From: a virus | Taxonomy: Duplodnaviria > Caudoviricetes | Reading direction: 5' to 3' (one strand) | Length of the DNA: 38,036 nucleotides | Virus record (IMG/VR): IMGVR_UViG_3300034073_000217 | Location: 1 to 38,036 of that record | Part shown: one piece after another, positions 24,960-34,117 of the stretch | Numbering within the stretch: the stretch's first letter is position 1 | Layout of the letters: each line of letters starts with the position of its first letter | Notes under the pieces: model-generated | The model's input: only the letters and a program-made list of their open reading frames with translations | The model's database searches: none | Told to the model about the DNA's origin: nothing | Made by a program: the position numbers and the translations under genes

Positions 24960-25916
24960 ATGGCAGTTTCAGCAACCAATAGTTATACCGGTGCAGGTAT
25001 AGCAGAAGATTTTGAAGATATTATTTACGATATATCTCCAGAAGACACACCATTGTTATCAATGGCTAAAAAATCAACAGCAGGTCAAACATATCACCAG
25101 TGGCAAACAGACAAATTAGCCGCAGCAGCAGCTAACGCTCAGCTTGAAGGTGATGACGCATCATACGCTACATTAGCAGCAACAACTGTATTAGGTAACT
25201 ACACACAGATTTCACGTAAAACTGTTAACATCTCTAATACATACGATGTTGTTAAAAAGTATGGCCGTAAATCAGAAGTAGCTTATCAGTTAATGAAAGC
25301 TGGTAAAGAACTTAAACGTGACATGGAATTTGCTTTAGTACGTAACCAAGCATCATCAGCAGGTGGCGCAGGTACAGCTCGTTCTTCAGCAGGTATCGAG
25401 TCATGGATTGCTGGTAACAGCATCAAAACAACTGCAGCATCTACAGCTACAACTCCAGGTTTCTCATCTGGTACAGTTGCAGCACCTACAGATGGTACAG
25501 CAGGTACTTTCGTTGAAGCAGATTTAAAATCAGCATTAGAAGCAGCATGGGTAGATGGTGGCGAGCCAACAACTATTCTTATGTCTTCTAAAAACAAAAA
25601 GCTATTCTCAGCTTTTGCTGGTATCGCTGAAAAACGTTACCAAGTAAATGGTACAAGCGAAGCAGTTATCACTGCGGCCGCCGATGTATATATCAGCGAT
25701 TATGGTAATCACACAGTTAAATTAGACAGATTCATGCGTGACGAAGCTGTATTATGCTTAGACCCACAATACGTTGGTGTAGCATCATTACGTCCAATCA
25801 CAAAAGAAGAACTAGCTAAAACTGGTGACTCTACTAAATACTTGATGACAGCAGAGTACTGCTTGGTTGTTAATAACCCAGACGCTCACGCTAAAGTACA
25901 AGGTGTTGGTGTTTAA
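24960..25916 (+). CDS. Major capsid protein (DUF5309/SU10-like family)
   Basis: IYDISPEDTP, HQWQTD, EGDD, NYTQI, KELKRDME and LAKTGD motifs; strong RBS; followed by a terminator. Confidence 0.92.
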   Translation: MAVSATNSYTGAGIAEDFEDIIYDISPEDTPLLSMAKKSTAGQTYHQWQTDKLAAAAANAQLEGDDASYATLAATTVLGNYTQISRKTVNISNTYDVVKKYGRKSEVAYQLMKAGKELKRDMEFALVRNQASSAGGAGTARSSAGIESWIAGNSIKTTAASTATTPGFSSGTVAAPTDGTAGTFVEADLKSALEAAWVDGGEPTTILMSSKNKKLFSAFAGIAEKRYQVNGTSEAVITAAADVYISDYGNHTVKLDRFMRDEAVLCLDPQYVGVASLRPITKEELAKTGDSTKYLMTAEYCLVVNNPDAHAKVQGVGV

Positions 25917-25931
25917 TCAACATTGATTTAT

Positions 25932-25965
25932 AATAGGGGGATAGCAATATCCCTCTATTTTTATT
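25932..25965 (+). terminator. Intrinsic terminator after the capsid gene
   Basis: AATAGGGGGATA-GCAA-TATCCCTCTATT stem with a GNRA loop, followed by a T run. Confidence 0.85.
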
Positions 25966-26292
25966 ATGGCTATATTATTCGATAAAGACCCATTAACAGG
26001 CGTTACGCAATATTACGATTACGACCCTATTAATGACATCCACATGATACACAATGTGCAAGACTTTACTCCACTTGTGGAGAAGTTAAAGCAAGCACAG
26101 AACAACCCAGATGTATGGGCAAAAAGTGTTAAAGAATCATGGGTACACTATGCAAGTATCCCACCAGTCATTGAGATGCAGTTAAAACAAAAAGGCATAG
26201 ACATTTATAATAAAGACCAAACAAAAGAATTACTCAAAGAAATAAATACAAACTATCCTTGGTTAAAAACAACAACTAAAAAGCATGGATAG
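25966..26292 (+). CDS. Conserved hypothetical virion-module protein
   Basis: QD..P...WVHYASIP...LKT pattern typical of the gene after this capsid type. Confidence 0.7.
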   Translation: MAILFDKDPLTGVTQYYDYDPINDIHMIHNVQDFTPLVEKLKQAQNNPDVWAKSVKESWVHYASIPPVIEMQLKQKGIDIYNKDQTKELLKEINTNYPWLKTTTKKHG

Positions 26293-27613
26293 AAAAGAAT
26301 TACAAAGAATACAATTAGCAATACATGATTTAGTTAATCGAGAAGATTACACAAATGCTCTTCCGTTAATTAATACAGCTTTAGAACATTATCCTGATAA
26401 TGATGCAACTCTAAACTTTATGGGTTACATTCATTTAATGGGTGACCAACCGGCATTAGCTTATCAATACTTCAGACGTGCATTACAAGAGAGTCCAGGC
26501 AACAAAGCATTATGGACATCACTAGGTCGTGCATACCATGAGTTAGATAAGTTTGAAGATGCTATTAAATGTTTTCTAAAGTCAGCAGAATTAGACCCTA
26601 CATACACATTAGCTTACAGTAATGCAGCAGCTAGTTTTGTGCAAATATCAGAATGGAAGAATGCAGAGGATGTCTGTAACCTAGCATTACAAGCTGACCC
26701 TAATGACCAGAACGCTAACATGAACCTTGCTCATGCTTATTTAGCACAAGGTAAATGGAAAGAAGGTTGGAAACAATGGGGACTATCACTCGGTAGTAAG
26801 TTTAGAAAAGAATGGCATTATGGTGATGAAAGCCGTTGGGATGGCCAAGCAGGTAAAGACATTATCATCTATGGTGAACAAGGTTTAGGTGATGAAATAT
26901 TCTATGCTAACTGTTTATCTGATGCGATTGCAATTAGTAACAAAGTCTATATTGATTGTGACCCAAAGCTAGAAGGTTTATTTAAACGTAGCTTTCCATT
27001 AGCAGAAGTGCATGGAACACGCAGAGATGAACATCCTGAATGGTTAGTAAATAAAACATTTGACCATCGTTGTGCAATCGGTGGATTACCGGAGTTCTTT
27101 AGACATAACTCTAAAGACTTTCCTCGTGAGACCTATCTTGTTGCAGACCCTGAAAGAAGACAAATGTGGCGCAGTCTATTTGATTCATGGGGTAAAAAAG
27201 TCATTGGTATTACTACACATGGAGGTAGTAAAAGAACTAATGAAAAAGGTAGAAAACTTACAAAAGATGATATACAATCATTATTGAATCGTAAAGATTT
27301 GATTTTAATTTCATTAGATTACGTAGTCGATGAGAAGATAGATGGGGTGAAGTATTTTCCATTTGCTACGCAATCATTTGATTATGATGATACTGCAGCA
27401 CTTATTGCTGAATTAGATGCAGTTGTTGGTGTCAATACGACCGCATTACATTGTTCAGCTGCATTAGGTGTTAAAACTATCTGTTTAGTACCTAAATGGC
27501 ATCAATGGAGATATGCTCAACCGAGTATGCCTTGGTATCGTAGTATGAAGTTACTATATCAAGAAAATCGTTCTTGGCAACAAGTTATTCAACAGGTTAG
27601 TGGATGGGTTTAG
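26285..27613 (+). CDS. TPR-repeat protein with C-terminal GT-B (GT9-like) glycosyltransferase domain
   Basis: About five TPRs, then EQGLGDEI, LFKRSFP and DTAALIAELDAVVGVNTTALHCSAALG...WRY...PWY. Confidence 0.85.
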   Translation: MDRKELQRIQLAIHDLVNREDYTNALPLINTALEHYPDNDATLNFMGYIHLMGDQPALAYQYFRRALQESPGNKALWTSLGRAYHELDKFEDAIKCFLKSAELDPTYTLAYSNAAASFVQISEWKNAEDVCNLALQADPNDQNANMNLAHAYLAQGKWKEGWKQWGLSLGSKFRKEWHYGDESRWDGQAGKDIIIYGEQGLGDEIFYANCLSDAIAISNKVYIDCDPKLEGLFKRSFPLAEVHGTRRDEHPEWLVNKTFDHRCAIGGLPEFFRHNSKDFPRETYLVADPERRQMWRSLFDSWGKKVIGITTHGGSKRTNEKGRKLTKDDIQSLLNRKDLILISLDYVVDEKIDGVKYFPFATQSFDYDDTAALIAELDAVVGVNTTALHCSAALGVKTICLVPKWHQWRYAQPSMPWYRSMKLLYQENRSWQQVIQQVSGWV

Positions 27614-28365
27614 GTGATTGGCTAATGGCTTCTGCTGAAGTAAAAGAAGCTAATGAACGAACAGGTAAAAAGGTTGCTTTAGGTAATGGCAATAAAGCAT
27701 TTTTTGAACCACAGATATTTGCTAATAATCCTAGAATGGCATTAGACGATAAAGAAGAAATAGAGTGGGTTCATAACTATCCTGGCAAACGTCCTTATAT
27801 GCACGGAACAGAAAATGGTAAGATTATCTTTAATGATGATTACAAACCAATGCCAGGTGAGATATTCTTTAGCGACAAAGAATTAGATAAGATAAACGAT
27901 ATTGATAAAGACTATATTGTTGTTGAACCTAATGTTAAAACAACTTACATACACACAGTCAATAAGTCTTGGGATAAATGGAAAGAGTTACTGCAATACG
28001 ACTTACCATGGATTCAGTTTAATACAGGCAAACAATACACTAAAACAATACAAACAAATACATTTAGAGATGCTTTAATAGTGTTAAAGAAAGCTAAACT
28101 ATTTGTAGGAACAGATGGTGGTTTACATCATGCAGCAGCAGCATTAGGAATACCATCAGTTGTGATATGGTCTGGATTCACAAGTCCTAAACATCTAGGA
28201 TATGACTTTCATACAAACATACATGATGGCAGTAAACCTTGTGGTAAATTTAAAGAAATATGTAAGCACTGCGAAGAAAAGCGTAAGGCCATTAGTGTTG
28301 AAACTGTTTATGAGGCAATAAGGAAAGAACTTGCAAATAATACTAACTGGAGTGGAAAGACGTGA
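27604..28365 (+). CDS. Glycosyltransferase family 9-like (heptosyltransferase fold)
   Basis: MGLGDWLM N-terminus and FVGTDGGLHHAAAALGIPSVVIW. Confidence 0.85.
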   Translation: MGLGDWLMASAEVKEANERTGKKVALGNGNKAFFEPQIFANNPRMALDDKEEIEWVHNYPGKRPYMHGTENGKIIFNDDYKPMPGEIFFSDKELDKINDIDKDYIVVEPNVKTTYIHTVNKSWDKWKELLQYDLPWIQFNTGKQYTKTIQTNTFRDALIVLKKAKLFVGTDGGLHHAAAALGIPSVVIWSGFTSPKHLGYDFHTNIHDGSKPCGKFKEICKHCEEKRKAISVETVYEAIRKELANNTNWSGKT

Positions 28366-29044
28366 TAAATGTCTACTTCGTTTAAATCAATACGCAAAAG
28401 CAGAAGTAGTAAAGCAGTGGAATGGTGAAGATATACCTATTATTGTAGGTAATTTAAATAACTGCGATAACATTCAAGTAGAGTGCCGTAAACAAAATAT
28501 TCCTTATATCTATATTGACCATGGTTATTTTAATCGTGAGTTTAATTTAAGTTGGGCTAGATTCTGTATCAACAATTATCATTGCACAGATTGGAGGCCA
28601 TCTAATCGTGACATACCAAAGATAAAAGAATATAGAAAAGGTGATGATATAGTTATATTACCACCGGCAGATAAAGTAGCATTTGTTTACAAGGCTCATA
28701 ATTGGTTAGATAAAACCATAGAACAGATTAGACAATATTCTGACCGCAAAATTATTATCAAACGCAAATCAGAAGGTGCATTACTGAATGCAATTAAAAA
28801 TGCTCACTGTGTAGTTAGTTTTGGCAGTGTTGCTGATGTAGAGGCAAGTGTACATGGAGTTCCTGTAATTGTATCTGATTACAGTCCTGCAGCACCAATT
28901 TCAAACAAATTAGAAGATATAGAAAAATTAACATATCCTGATAGAGAACCATGGTTAAGGTCATTAGCAGCAGCAGAATGGCATCAAAACGAAATGGACA
29001 AATGTTGGGAACGATTAAAAGGGCAATTAGATGGCATTTACTAA
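28331..29044 (+). CDS. Putative GT-B glycosyltransferase (capsule-biosynthesis-like)
   Basis: YIYIDHGYF and AHCVVSFGSVADVEASVHGVPV motifs; third gene of the GT cluster. Confidence 0.6.
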   Translation: MQIILTGVERRDKCLLRLNQYAKAEVVKQWNGEDIPIIVGNLNNCDNIQVECRKQNIPYIYIDHGYFNREFNLSWARFCINNYHCTDWRPSNRDIPKIKEYRKGDDIVILPPADKVAFVYKAHNWLDKTIEQIRQYSDRKIIIKRKSEGALLNAIKNAHCVVSFGSVADVEASVHGVPVIVSDYSPAAPISNKLEDIEKLTYPDREPWLRSLAAAEWHQNEMDKCWERLKGQLDGIY

Positions 29045-29645
29045 TTATACAAGTTTTGTAACAACAGTAGAAAATTACCTTGCAAGGTCAGACTTAACAT
29101 CAGTTATTCCTGACTTTGTTGAGTTAGCACAAGAGCGTTTGTCTCGTGACTTAAGAGTGCAAGAGATGTTAAAAGTAGCTACTGCAACAACAACAGCCGG
29201 AGATAAGAATATTGCATTTCCTGCTGACTTTTTAGAGTTAAGAGAAATCCATATACAAGGTAATCCTGTTTACACACTAGACTTTCAAACACCAGATAAA
29301 TTTTTCAGAAATGGTAAAACAACAGAATCAGGTGTACCCACACACTTTACTATGTTAGGTGCTGAGTTTCAATTTGCACCAGTGCCAGATGGAACACAAA
29401 CAGTACAAATACTCTATTATGCTAAACCTACCTTTATAGACACATCAACAGCAAGTAACGTGTATTTAGCATATTTCCCTGATGCTTTACTCTATGCAAC
29501 TCTAGCAGAAGCACAACCATATTTAATGAATGATGAAAGAATCGCAGTATGGTCTTCTATGTATGACAGAGCAATCGCAAATATTAGAGAAAACGATAAG
29601 GGTGCAACATTCTCTAGTGCAACATTAAACGTAACAACTTCATAA
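29031..29645 (+). CDS. Head-tail adaptor protein
   Basis: YLARSDLT..IPDF..LA..RL.RDLR, PADFLE and PDALLYATL.EA motifs. Confidence 0.8.
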   Translation: MAFTNYTSFVTTVENYLARSDLTSVIPDFVELAQERLSRDLRVQEMLKVATATTTAGDKNIAFPADFLELREIHIQGNPVYTLDFQTPDKFFRNGKTTESGVPTHFTMLGAEFQFAPVPDGTQTVQILYYAKPTFIDTSTASNVYLAYFPDALLYATLAEAQPYLMNDERIAVWSSMYDRAIANIRENDKGATFSSATLNVTTS

Positions 29646-29654
29646 GGAACAATT

Positions 29655-30041
29655 ATGGCTGAATTTAGTAATTTTTTAGAGAACGCACTTATCAATGCTG
29701 TTCTCCGTAACACAACATACACATCACCAGCAACAGTTTATGTATCACTTTACACTACAGACCCAACAGATGCAGATACAGGTACAGAAGTATCAGGTGG
29801 TTCATATGCAAGAACAGCAGTAACTTTTGGTTCTCCATCTAATGGTGTATCTACAAACAGTGCTGACGTAACTTTTCCTACTTGCACATCATCTTGGGGA
29901 ACAGTAACACACATAGGTATACATGATGCTTCTACAAGTGGTAACTTATTATTCCACACACCACTAGACACAGCTAAAACAATCGACTCTGGTGACATAT
30001 TTAAAATAGAAACAGGCAATTTGAGTGTCACACTTTCGTGA
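29655..30041 (+). CDS. Virion structural (tail-associated) protein
   Basis: SNFLEN...YVSLYTTDP...EVSGGSYAR...WGTVTHIGI.DA..GNLL. Confidence 0.75.
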   Translation: MAEFSNFLENALINAVLRNTTYTSPATVYVSLYTTDPTDADTGTEVSGGSYARTAVTFGSPSNGVSTNSADVTFPTCTSSWGTVTHIGIHDASTSGNLLFHTPLDTAKTIDSGDIFKIETGNLSVTLS

Positions 30042-30045
30042 TATA

Positions 30046-30086
30046 TGATATAATAACGGAAACTTTAATATGAGGAATCCGTTATG
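30046..30086 (+). promoter_or_regulatory. Extended -10 promoter and start-codon-sequestering hairpin of the HNH gene
   Basis: TG-a-TATAAT at 30046-30054; ATAACGGA (30053-30060) pairs with TCCGTTAT (30078-30085), covering the ATG at 30084 and enclosing GAGGA. Confidence 0.65.
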
Positions 30087-30728
30087 TATCAAGGGAAAAG
30101 GCATCATAATTGTAAATTATCTTATGACGATGAATTAAAAGTCATAGAAAAATATAAAGAAGGTTTAAGTTTAGCTGCTGTTGGCGAAATGTTTAATGTC
30201 AATTTTGTAACAATACGAAATGTTCTTAAAGGACATAATGTTGAACGCAGAAGACAAGGTAATAAAACTAAAATATTTAATGAAAAATTTACTAATACAG
30301 TAATTGATTTATTTCAAAACGGATTAAGTCAAGAAAAAATAGCTAAACAATTAAAAACATCACAAACACAAATATCAAGATTATTAAAATTTAATGGAAT
30401 TGATTCAGGTGTTAGAAGTGGTATAAACCATCATGCGTGGAAAGGTGGAAAACATATTAGAAATGGATATGTTTTTGTGTCAATAACAAAAGATTCACCT
30501 TACTCTAGCATGGCAATATCTAATGGTTATGTAATGGAACATAGGTTGGTGATGGCACAACACTTAAAAAGACCTTTAGAACCACATGAAACAGTACATC
30601 ATATTAATGGTAATACACAAGACAATAGAATAGAAAATTTACAATTAAGACATGGGAAACATGGTAAGCATCAAGTATTTGTATGCTGTAACTGTGGCTC
30701 TCATAATGTTAAATCAACAACTTTATAG
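30084..30728 (+). CDS. Free-standing HNH homing endonuclease with two N-terminal HTH repeats
   Basis: WKGG, GYVMEHRLVM..HL.RPL...ETVHHINGNTQDNRIENL; more AT-rich than the flanking tail genes. Confidence 0.9.
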   Translation: MYQGKRHHNCKLSYDDELKVIEKYKEGLSLAAVGEMFNVNFVTIRNVLKGHNVERRRQGNKTKIFNEKFTNTVIDLFQNGLSQEKIAKQLKTSQTQISRLLKFNGIDSGVRSGINHHAWKGGKHIRNGYVFVSITKDSPYSSMAISNGYVMEHRLVMAQHLKRPLEPHETVHHINGNTQDNRIENLQLRHGKHGKHQVFVCCNCGSHNVKSTTL

Positions 30729-30736
30729 GATAATTG

Positions 30737-32095
30737 ATGGCATTAGTCGTTAAAGATAGAGTAAAAGAAACCACCTCGACCACAGGCACAGGCACGCTTA
30801 CACTTGCAGGTGCAGTCACTAAATTTCAGTCATTTAGTGTTATCGGTGATGGCAATACCACATACTACGCAATCGAAAGTGGTAATGGCACAGATTGGGA
30901 AGTCGGTGTAGGTACTTATACAGCATCAGGCACAACCTTATCTCGTGACACCATACTAGAATCTTCTAACGCAGGCAGTGCTATTAACTTATCAGGCACA
31001 TCTACAGTATTCTGTACATACCCTGCTGAACGCAGTGTTAATACTGCTGATATAGGAACAACTATACAGGCATATGATGCAACCATACTTAAGTCAGCAG
31101 ATATAGGTTCTACTGTTCAAGGTTACGATGCTGATACTGCAAAGTATGATGACACAACAGCTAACTTCATAGGAACATTACAGAATGGTGGCAGTAATGT
31201 AGTTGTTGATACTGATATTGGTTCTACAGTTCAAGCGTATGATGCAGACACTGCAAAATATGATGATGTTACTGCTAACTTTACAGGCACACTTCAACAA
31301 GGTGGTTCTAATGTTTTAACTGCAAACCAAACTATTACTTTATCAGGTGATGCAACAGGAAGTGGAACAACAGCAATCACTGTAACTGTTGTAGATGACT
31401 CACATAATCATATCATTAATAATGTCGATGGATTACAAACAGAATTAGATGGTAAACAACCATTAGATGCAGACCTTACTGCTATTGCTGGATTAGCAAA
31501 CACTGACGGAAACTTTATTGTAGGTAATGGCACAACATGGGTAGCAGAATCAGGTGATACTGCTAGAACATCTTTAGGTTTAGGTACAGGTGATTCTCCT
31601 AGTTTTACTGGATTAACTGCAAGTGGTGATGTCACTATTGCTGATAAAATCATTCACTCTGGTGACACCAATACTGCTATTCGCTTTCCTGCAGCAGATA
31701 CTGTAACAGTTGAAACTGCTGGAGCAGAACGCATGCGTATAGACTCTAGTGGTAATCTTCAATTCAATTCAGGTTATGGTTCTGTACAAACTGCATTTGG
31801 TTGTCGTGCATGGGTGAATTTTGACGGAGCAGCTACACCAACTGTTAATGGGTCTGGAAATATATCTTCTGTAGTTCAAGTATCAAGTGGTGTATATGGA
31901 ATTACATTATCAACTGCAATGCCTGATATTAATTATGTTATATCAAATTGTGGTTGGACAGGAGGTCAAAATGTGATTGCACAAGAAAATGATGCACCAG
32001 CAAATCGAACAACAACTTATTTTGAAGTAGTTTATGAAGCAGGTGGTGGAACTAAACTTAATAATACATATAATTCTGTAATGGTTTTAAGATAA
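30737..32095 (+). CDS. Tail fibre protein
   Basis: MALVVKDRVKET N-terminal module, internal repeats, ERMRIDSSGN and a C-terminal RAWVNFDG domain. Confidence 0.8.
   Translation: MALVVKDRVKETTSTTGTGTLTLAGAVTKFQSFSVIGDGNTTYYAIESGNGTDWEVGVGTYTASGTTLSRDTILESSNAGSAINLSGTSTVFCTYPAERSVNTADIGTTIQAYDATILKSADIGSTVQGYDADTAKYDDTTANFIGTLQNGGSNVVVDTDIGSTVQAYDADTAKYDDVTANFTGTLQQGGSNVLTANQTITLSGDATGSGTTAITVTVVDDSHNHIINNVDGLQTELDGKQPLDADLTAIAGLANTDGNFIVGNGTTWVAESGDTARTSLGLGTGDSPSFTGLTASGDVTIADKIIHSGDTNTAIRFPAADTVTVETAGAERMRIDSSGNLQFNSGYGSVQTAFGCRAWVNFDGAATPTVNGSGNISSVVQVSSGVYGITLSTAMPDINYVISNCGWTGGQNVIAQENDAPANRTTTYFEVVYEAGGGTKLNNTYNSVMVLR
31049..31315 (+). repeat. Internal coding tandem repeat in the tail fibre (114-nt period plus one partial copy)
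   Basis: DIGSTVQ(G/A)YDADTAKYDD(T/V)TANF(I/T)GTLQ(N/Q)GGSNV at 31100 and 31214; partial DIGTTIQAYDA at 31049. Confidence 0.85.
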
Positions 32096-32096
32096 A

Positions 32097-32351
32097 ATGA
32101 ATAAATTAATAATATTTGAACAAAATAATATAGTAGCAATTATGAAACCTACTGGTGTATTTTCTGTTGAAGAAACTGCAAGACGAGATGTTCCAAAAGG
32201 AACAGAATATTGGATTGTAGAAGCAAGTGATTTACCTACTGATATAGATGAATTTAGAGATGCTTGGCAGTTAGATAGAGATATTCTTGGAGAACCAACA
32301 GGAATAGCATTAGGAATTGATGATTGGACTGCGGAGCAAAATAATGATTAA
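32097..32351 (+). CDS. Tail fibre-associated small protein
   Basis: A.RDVPKG..YWIV...DLP...FRDAW motif, directly after the fibre gene. Confidence 0.65.
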   Translation: MNKLIIFEQNNIVAIMKPTGVFSVEETARRDVPKGTEYWIVEASDLPTDIDEFRDAWQLDRDILGEPTGIALGIDDWTAEQNND

Positions 32352-32580
32352 AGTAAATATTGTAAAAGCAAAAGAAATTACTAAAGACAAATTGCGGGAA
32401 GAGCGTAAACCATTATTAGAAGCACTTGATGTTGAATTTATCAAAGCACAAGAAACAGGTGAAAATATAACTGATATTGTTGCTAAAAAACAAGCATTAA
32501 GAGATGCACCAGCACAAGTAGATTCTATGACAACAGTAGAGGAATTAAAATTAGCATCATTACCTGATGTAGGTATATAA
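32344..32580 (+). CDS. Tail fibre assembly chaperone-like protein
   Basis: LREERKPLLEALDV...KQALRDAP; ATG after GGAG. Confidence 0.7.
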   Translation: MIKVNIVKAKEITKDKLREERKPLLEALDVEFIKAQETGENITDIVAKKQALRDAPAQVDSMTTVEELKLASLPDVGI

Positions 32581-33299
32581 TGTTTGGATTTAATTCATTT
32601 TCATCAAATGGTTTTTCTGAACTATTTGTTGACTCACCTATTAAATTAGGTGAAGCAAGTATTACAGCAGATGCTAGTGTCTCTGCTATTGGCTATCGCA
32701 TTAAAACTTTTGCAGGAAACATTACTGCTAATGGTGATATTACTGCTATTGGTTATCGTATTCAACAAGGTATTGCAGGTATTACATCTAATGCAAATGT
32801 TGATGTAGATGCTTTAAGAATAAGAACAAGTAGTGGAGATATATCTGCTTATGCGTTAGTAGATGCAGATGGATACTCTATTGCAAGAGCAAGTGGAAAT
32901 ATATTATCTAATGTTAGTGTTACTGCAAATGGTGTTGCTATATACAGTAGAAATGCAGATATAGATGTTAATGCAACTATTACAACAGAAGCAAGAAGAT
33001 TAAGAACATCATCAGGCAATATAAATTCTAATGCTACGTTATCATCTTTAGCAAATGCAATATGGTCAGCAGGTGGAGCAGTTACATCACAAGCATTGAT
33101 AGTAACAAAAGGTAAAATATTAGGTGAAGAATGGACTGATACTACATTTGGAAATGAATCATGGGCAACTGTATCTACTGGTACAGAGTCATGGGTAGAG
33201 CAAACAACAGGTAATGAATCATGGACAAATATAACAGCAGGAACGGAAGTTTGGTCTGATGTTTCTATTGGCAACGAAAATTGGTTAAGACAGGGTTAA
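32580..33299 (+). CDS. Virion structural protein with degenerate repeats
   Basis: MFGFNSFS start, ~21-aa beta-repeats and C-terminal 10-aa Trp repeats. Confidence 0.7.
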   Translation: MFGFNSFSSNGFSELFVDSPIKLGEASITADASVSAIGYRIKTFAGNITANGDITAIGYRIQQGIAGITSNANVDVDALRIRTSSGDISAYALVDADGYSIARASGNILSNVSVTANGVAIYSRNADIDVNATITTEARRLRTSSGNINSNATLSSLANAIWSAGGAVTSQALIVTKGKILGEEWTDTTFGNESWATVSTGTESWVEQTTGNESWTNITAGTEVWSDVSIGNENWLRQG

Positions 33300-33313
33300 T
33301 TTAAGGAAATAAT

Positions 33314-34114
33314 ATGGCAAAAACAAAGATTAGTGAATACTCATCTACTGCTGCAAGTAATACAGACGTAGCAAATATTAATATAGCGGAGGGCTGTAGC
33401 CCAAGTAATATTAACAACGCTATTAGAGCTGTAATGGGGCATCTTAAAAACTTTCAAGATGGTTCTAGTGCAGACTCATTAACCATTGCAGGTACATTAA
33501 CATCTTCTAGCACATTAGCTGTAACAGGTGGATTAACTCTTGATGGTAGTGCTGGAACATCTGGTCAAGTATTGTTATCAGCAGGTTCAGGCAATACACC
33601 AACATGGGGTAGTGCGTTTGTTGCTGGTATGATTATGATGTGGTCTGGTACGATTGCTACTATTCCTAGTGGTTGGTATTTATGTGATGGCAATAACGGC
33701 ACTCCTGATTTACGCAATCGTTTTATTATTGGTGCTAATGCAGATGATGGGGGAGCAGCTAAAACCAATGTAACTGGAACTGCTACACAATCAGGCGGTA
33801 GTAAAGACCTTATTGTTCCAGCACACACTCACACATCTAATTATTCTGATAATACAAATTATTTAAAAAATGTTCAAATGTCAACTGCAACTGGAGCAGG
33901 GTCAGGAGCAAATCCAATTTCTATTCCAGAAGATGGAACATACTCTGATTATATTACATCAGGTCGTAACGATGGTGGAAATAGATGGTTAAGATTTCAA
34001 AATAGTGGCACAACATTGACTACAAGAACTTTAACTACAGACAGTACAGGTTCAAGTGCAACCAATGCAAACTTGCCACCATACTATGCTTTGGCATTTA
34101 TAATGCGAGGATAA
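33314..34114 (+). CDS. Short tail fibre/collar-domain protein
   Basis: AEGCSPSNINNAIR N-terminus; GMIMMWSG...IPSGWYLCDG.NGTPDLRNRF collar domain; LPPYYALAFIM end. Confidence 0.8.
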   Translation: MAKTKISEYSSTAASNTDVANINIAEGCSPSNINNAIRAVMGHLKNFQDGSSADSLTIAGTLTSSSTLAVTGGLTLDGSAGTSGQVLLSAGSGNTPTWGSAFVAGMIMMWSGTIATIPSGWYLCDGNNGTPDLRNRFIIGANADDGGAAKTNVTGTATQSGGSKDLIVPAHTHTSNYSDNTNYLKNVQMSTATGAGSGANPISIPEDGTYSDYITSGRNDGGNRWLRFQNSGTTLTTRTLTTDSTGSSATNANLPPYYALAFIMRG

Positions 34115-34117
34115 TTA

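Noticed and set aside
21994-25597. Several minus-strand ORFs within portal, scaffold and capsid genes (similar ones lie in tail, lysis and replication genes)
   Set aside because: They fully overlap well-supported genes on the opposite strand and show no recognisable motifs.
30042-30736. Group I intron hosting the HNH gene
   Set aside because: Both flanking genes appear complete, and only about 40 and 8 nt of non-coding flank exist, too little for a ribozyme core.
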